7,733 bases of DNA from an archaeon. GTDB lineage: Archaea; Iainarchaeota; Iainarchaeia; Iainarchaeales; CSSED10-239. Both the position numbers and the translations under genes were made by a program. Below the pieces are notes generated by a model, which was not told the DNA's origin, did not search any database, and was given only the letters and a program-made list of their open reading frames with translations. Of this stretch, positions 4,518 through 7,733 are shown in pieces. Positions within the stretch are counted from its first letter, which is position 1. Each line of letters opens with the position of its first letter. The stretch spans positions 1 to 7,733 of the forward strand of contig DAOPNM010000023.1 of assembly GCA_035357435.1 (NCBI GenBank). Direction: 5' to 3'.

Positions 4518-7397
4518 TTATTTTACAATTATTCCTATTCTTCCAGGCATGGTTGTTTTGGCTTTTGAATCATTTATGTTTTTTTCTATGCCAATTTCTA
4601 TAGTACACTCAAATAGTTGTTCATAAAATTGTTTTGCATTATTTAATATTTCCAATTCATTTTTTTGTGTATTTATTTTTTGTGGAACTATTGGTAGTTT
4701 TATAACTTTATTAATTGTTTTTGACACAATTTCTTTATTTTCTGGATATTTTTTAATAAAATAATTAATTAGCATTCCAACATTTTTTTCTTGATTTATT
4801 TTTTCTGAAAGTTCTTTTAAAAAGTCATATTTCCACTCATCTGCGACAACTAATGTTATTTTTTTAGGTTTTTCAATATTTGCCATTTTAATAATATTTC
4901 TTATTTCTGTAGATAAATTATCAATCATTTCTTCTTCTTTTTCTATTTGTACATTTATTTTGTTATCTTCTGCATTTGGAAATTTACTTGTTGTTACAAG
5001 GTATTTGTTTCCAATTATTTCATTTAGTTCTTCTGCCAAATGTGGTGTAAATATTCCTAAAGTTAATACCCATTTTCTTAATACTTCCGTAATTGTTTTT
5101 TTATTTGTGCCGCCTCTTTTTTTATACCATAATATATCATTATAAATATTATAATATATTTCATCAGTTGCTCCTTTAAATTCCATTTTGTCCATGTTAG
5201 ATATTATGTTTTTTAGTCTATTATTAAATTTAGATAATAACCACAAATCTATATTGTCCTCATTTTTATCAATTAATTTTTTGTCATAAACTAGTTCTTC
5301 GATAATTGTGAATATTTTTTCTAGTCTTTGTTTATAGTTTAATAAATCATTCTCTGTAAATTCAATATTTACATATGGGCTTGCAATGTTTGCATAAAAT
5401 AATCTAATTGCATCTACAGAATACACATTTGCCTCTTCACCAAGACTTTTCACTCCTCCTTTTGATTTTGAGATTTTTGATTTTGCAATTTTCCCTTCTT
5501 TAGAAACAACCCACCAGTTTACTAAAATCCCTTTTGGCCAATATTTTTCTGGAAGAATTGCAATGTGATTCATTAAGAATGTAGGAAAATGAACAGTTTG
5601 ATGTTCTTGTCCTCCAATATTTAGATCTAAAGCATACCAATATTCTACATCTTTTCTTATTTTTAAAATCAATTCTTTTGAAATTTTCGTGTCTGCCGCA
5701 ATTTTGTTTATGTCACCTTTTTCAAAGAATATATAATCAAAGAACTCTTCTGTTAATTGTTCTGGTTTTATATCTCCTTGGTTAACGTATAGGCTTACTA
5801 AATAATAAATTGGATATAGTGTACTATCTGAAATTGGCTCAATAATATATGTTGAATCAAAAGGCAATTTTGTACCTAACCATTTTCCCTTTCTAGCACA
5901 TGCTCTATCATCAAACCAGTTTAAAATGTTTGGTAAATTTGTTTTAAATTCAGGTGGTAATATATTCATATTTTTTGTATGTTCAATTGTTTTGTTTGTT
6001 AAATTTTTGTCAGAATATTTTATAAACCATTGATCTTCTATTTTTTTAATAACCACTTTGTCTCCACATCTACAAATTACATCTTCTGATAGATCATAAA
6101 ATGTGTCTGCTAAATTTTTTTCTTTCAATTCATTTTTTATTTTCTCTTTTGCAATTTCTACTTTTTCATTTATATATTTTCCACAGTTGTTGTTCATTAT
6201 CCCTGTATGAAAACCTTTTTTGTAAATTTCTTTTGTTGCAATCTCTAATTTTTCTTTATCTTCTTGTGATTTTATATTTAATTTATTGCAAATTTCTTGT
6301 GCAGGATATTCCCCATATCCTTTTGATTTTATTATAGGTATTGGTTTTATGTTTTTTATTAACTCATAGTTTAATCCATATTTCTTGCATTCCTCTTCTG
6401 ATTTTTGTAGATCAAATAGTGCAATCCAGTCTACTGGTGCATCAGAAGGCACAGATGTTACAATTCCTGTGCCTATATTTGGGTTACAGATTTTACTAGG
6501 TAATATAATTATTTTTTTATTAATAAGTGGTGCAATGCAATATTTCCCAATCATTTCTTTTCCAGATATTTCTCCAATAATTTCAATTCCTTCTTTTTGA
6601 TATTTGAGTTTTTCTGCAAATTCTTTTGTTCCAATCCATATTTCATTATTTACTTTAATTTTTACATATGTTGTGTTTGGATCAATCCAGATATTTGTTT
6701 CTCCAAATATAGTTTCTGGTCTTAATGTTGCTGCAACAATATATTGATTTTGTTTTTCAAAATTTAATTTTAAAATAGTAAATTCAACTTTTTCAGCATT
6801 GCCCCCTTTTTGTAAATCCATTTCAGAAGGGTCAACTGCTACTGGCCCGCATCTTATACAAGATGTTGCATAATATGGTTTTTGTATTAATAAATTTTTT
6901 TCTTTTAACTTCTTAAATTGCCATTCTATAAATTTTTGATAATCTGGGTATGTTGTTACTGTAAATCTTCTCCAATCTCCAATAAATCCAAATCTTTTAT
7001 AATCTTCAATATATCTTTTAGAGAAAAAATTTACAAAACCTTCTGGTGTTTTTATTTGTTCTATGTCTTTGGCTGTTAAGCCCATGGATTTATAATATTC
7101 AATTAGATCTGAATCATTATTTTTTACTTTCATTGCTTTTGCAACTGCTGCATTTCCTGATGCATGTCCTCCTGCACATAATAGCACATTATATCCATTC
7201 ATTCTTTTATATCTTGCAATTGCATCTGCATATGAATATCCTCTCATATGGCCCACATGGTGAAATCCAGAAACTGTAAGATATGCCCATATTAGAAAAT
7301 ATTTTGGTTTATTTTTATCTCTTTCTACATCTCCTATGTTTTGGCTTTCCCAAATATTTTGCCATTTTTTTTCATATTCTTTGTAATCATGCGTCAT
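4518..7397 (-). CDS. leuS: Leucyl-tRNA synthetase, archaeal/eukaryal type
   Basis: In this 959-aa ORF the N-terminus EKKWQNIWE...SGFHHVGHMRGYSYADAIARYKRMNGYNV carries the HIGH motif. The CP1 editing-domain motifs are present: TLRPETIFGETNIWIDP and GTGIVTSVPSDAPVDW. The KMSKS-type loop is KISKSKGG. Overall it is collinear with archaeal LeuRS such as the Pyrococcus enzyme, a comparison made from memory. Confidence 0.97.
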   Translation of the reverse strand: MTHDYKEYEKKWQNIWESQNIGDVERDKNKPKYFLIWAYLTVSGFHHVGHMRGYSYADAIARYKRMNGYNVLLCAGGHASGNAAVAKAMKVKNNDSDLIEYYKSMGLTAKDIEQIKTPEGFVNFFSKRYIEDYKRFGFIGDWRRFTVTTYPDYQKFIEWQFKKLKEKNLLIQKPYYATSCIRCGPVAVDPSEMDLQKGGNAEKVEFTILKLNFEKQNQYIVAATLRPETIFGETNIWIDPNTTYVKIKVNNEIWIGTKEFAEKLKYQKEGIEIIGEISGKEMIGKYCIAPLINKKIIILPSKICNPNIGTGIVTSVPSDAPVDWIALFDLQKSEEECKKYGLNYELIKNIKPIPIIKSKGYGEYPAQEICNKLNIKSQEDKEKLEIATKEIYKKGFHTGIMNNNCGKYINEKVEIAKEKIKNELKEKNLADTFYDLSEDVICRCGDKVVIKKIEDQWFIKYSDKNLTNKTIEHTKNMNILPPEFKTNLPNILNWFDDRACARKGKWLGTKLPFDSTYIIEPISDSTLYPIYYLVSLYVNQGDIKPEQLTEEFFDYIFFEKGDINKIAADTKISKELILKIRKDVEYWYALDLNIGGQEHQTVHFPTFLMNHIAILPEKYWPKGILVNWWVVSKEGKIAKSKISKSKGGVKSLGEEANVYSVDAIRLFYANIASPYVNIEFTENDLLNYKQRLEKIFTIIEELVYDKKLIDKNEDNIDLWLLSKFNNRLKNIISNMDKMEFKGATDEIYYNIYNDILWYKKRGGTNKKTITEVLRKWVLTLGIFTPHLAEELNEIIGNKYLVTTSKFPNAEDNKINVQIEKEEEMIDNLSTEIRNIIKMANIEKPKKITLVVADEWKYDFLKELSEKINQEKNVGMLINYFIKKYPENKEIVSKTINKVIKLPIVPQKINTQKNELEILNNAKQFYEQLFECTIEIGIEKNINDSKAKTTMPGRIGIIVK

Positions 7398-7458
7398 ATA
7401 TGTTCTTATTTATTAAATATTCTTTCCAATAAAACTAAAAGATGTAAATATTTTTAAA

Positions 7459-7733
7459 CTAATTTATTCTTTCAATCTCTATATATAAACAATAATTTGG
7501 TTCTTTTTCGTGTCTAATATATTTAAGGATATATTTATTGTTTTTCTTTTCTATTTTGTTATAATAGTTTACCATTTTATTAAATATTTCTTCTAAATGT
7601 GCTAAATGGTATTCTTTTGTTTTAGATGTATCTCTAAATGTTATAAACGTTATATGTTTTGTTGTGGTCATTGTATTATTAAAAGGTTCTATTTCTATAT
7701 ATGCTTTTCCTCCTTTTTTGAGTAATAAAGCTG
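7459..7733 (-). CDS. Hypothetical protein, 5'-truncated by the window edge (C-terminal ~91 codons visible)
   Basis: The track starts this ORF at ATG 7671, but the frame stays open upstream to nt 7733. The full visible translation is ...ALLLKKGGKAYIEIEPFNNTMTTTKHITFITFRDTSKTKEYHLAHLEEIFNKMVNYYNKIEKKNNKYILKYIRHEKEPNYCLYIEIERIN, ending at TAG 7459-7461. The only GGAGG (7708-7713) is about 37 nt from ATG 7671, too far to act as its SD. An open frame this long is non-trivial in such AT-rich DNA. I do not recognise a family with confidence. Confidence 0.55.
   Translation of the reverse strand, partial: ALLLKKGGKAYIEIEPFNNTMTTTKHITFITFRDTSKTKEYHLAHLEEIFNKMVNYYNKIEKKNNKYILKYIRHEKEPNYCLYIEIERIN

Noticed and set aside
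4960-7279. Four + strand ORFs (4960-5145, 6101-6337, 6385-6600, 7046-7279) inside leuS
   Set aside because: All four are antisense to the LeuRS CDS. They are F/L/I/S-rich translations typical of the complement of A-rich coding sequence, and none has a start context.

Overview
Very AT-rich archaeal chromosomal segment. The archaeal assignment rests on a group II chaperonin (thermosome), Alba, a histone-fold protein, an archaeal-type LeuRS, tRNAs without encoded CCA, TATA-box/oligo-T punctuation and GGAGG-type ribosome-binding sites. The compact, low-GC style suggests a small-genome, DPANN-like lineage, but that is only an impression. Gene order: 3' end of a SufS-like cysteine desulfurase (+), Alba (+), a 68-aa zinc-finger microprotein (-), tRNA-Gln(UUG) (-), tRNA-Ile(GAU) (+), a 52-aa hyperacidic Trp-containing micro-ORF absent from the supplied ORF track (+), a 132-aa atypical histone-fold protein (+), thermosome subunit (+), HAD phosphatase (-), LeuRS (-), and a 5'-truncated hypothetical ORF (-). 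I see no CRISPR array, transposase, integrase, att-like tRNA duplication or recognisable defence system, so most of the window is housekeeping. The part worth a second look is 788-2075. There, two divergent tRNAs are each followed by a microprotein gene, and the acidic micro-ORF sits directly upstream of a histone-fold protein that has an acidic N-tail and lacks the canonical L2 DNA-binding residues. All functional ideas for these small proteins are hypotheses drawn from sequence motifs and context, not from searches.
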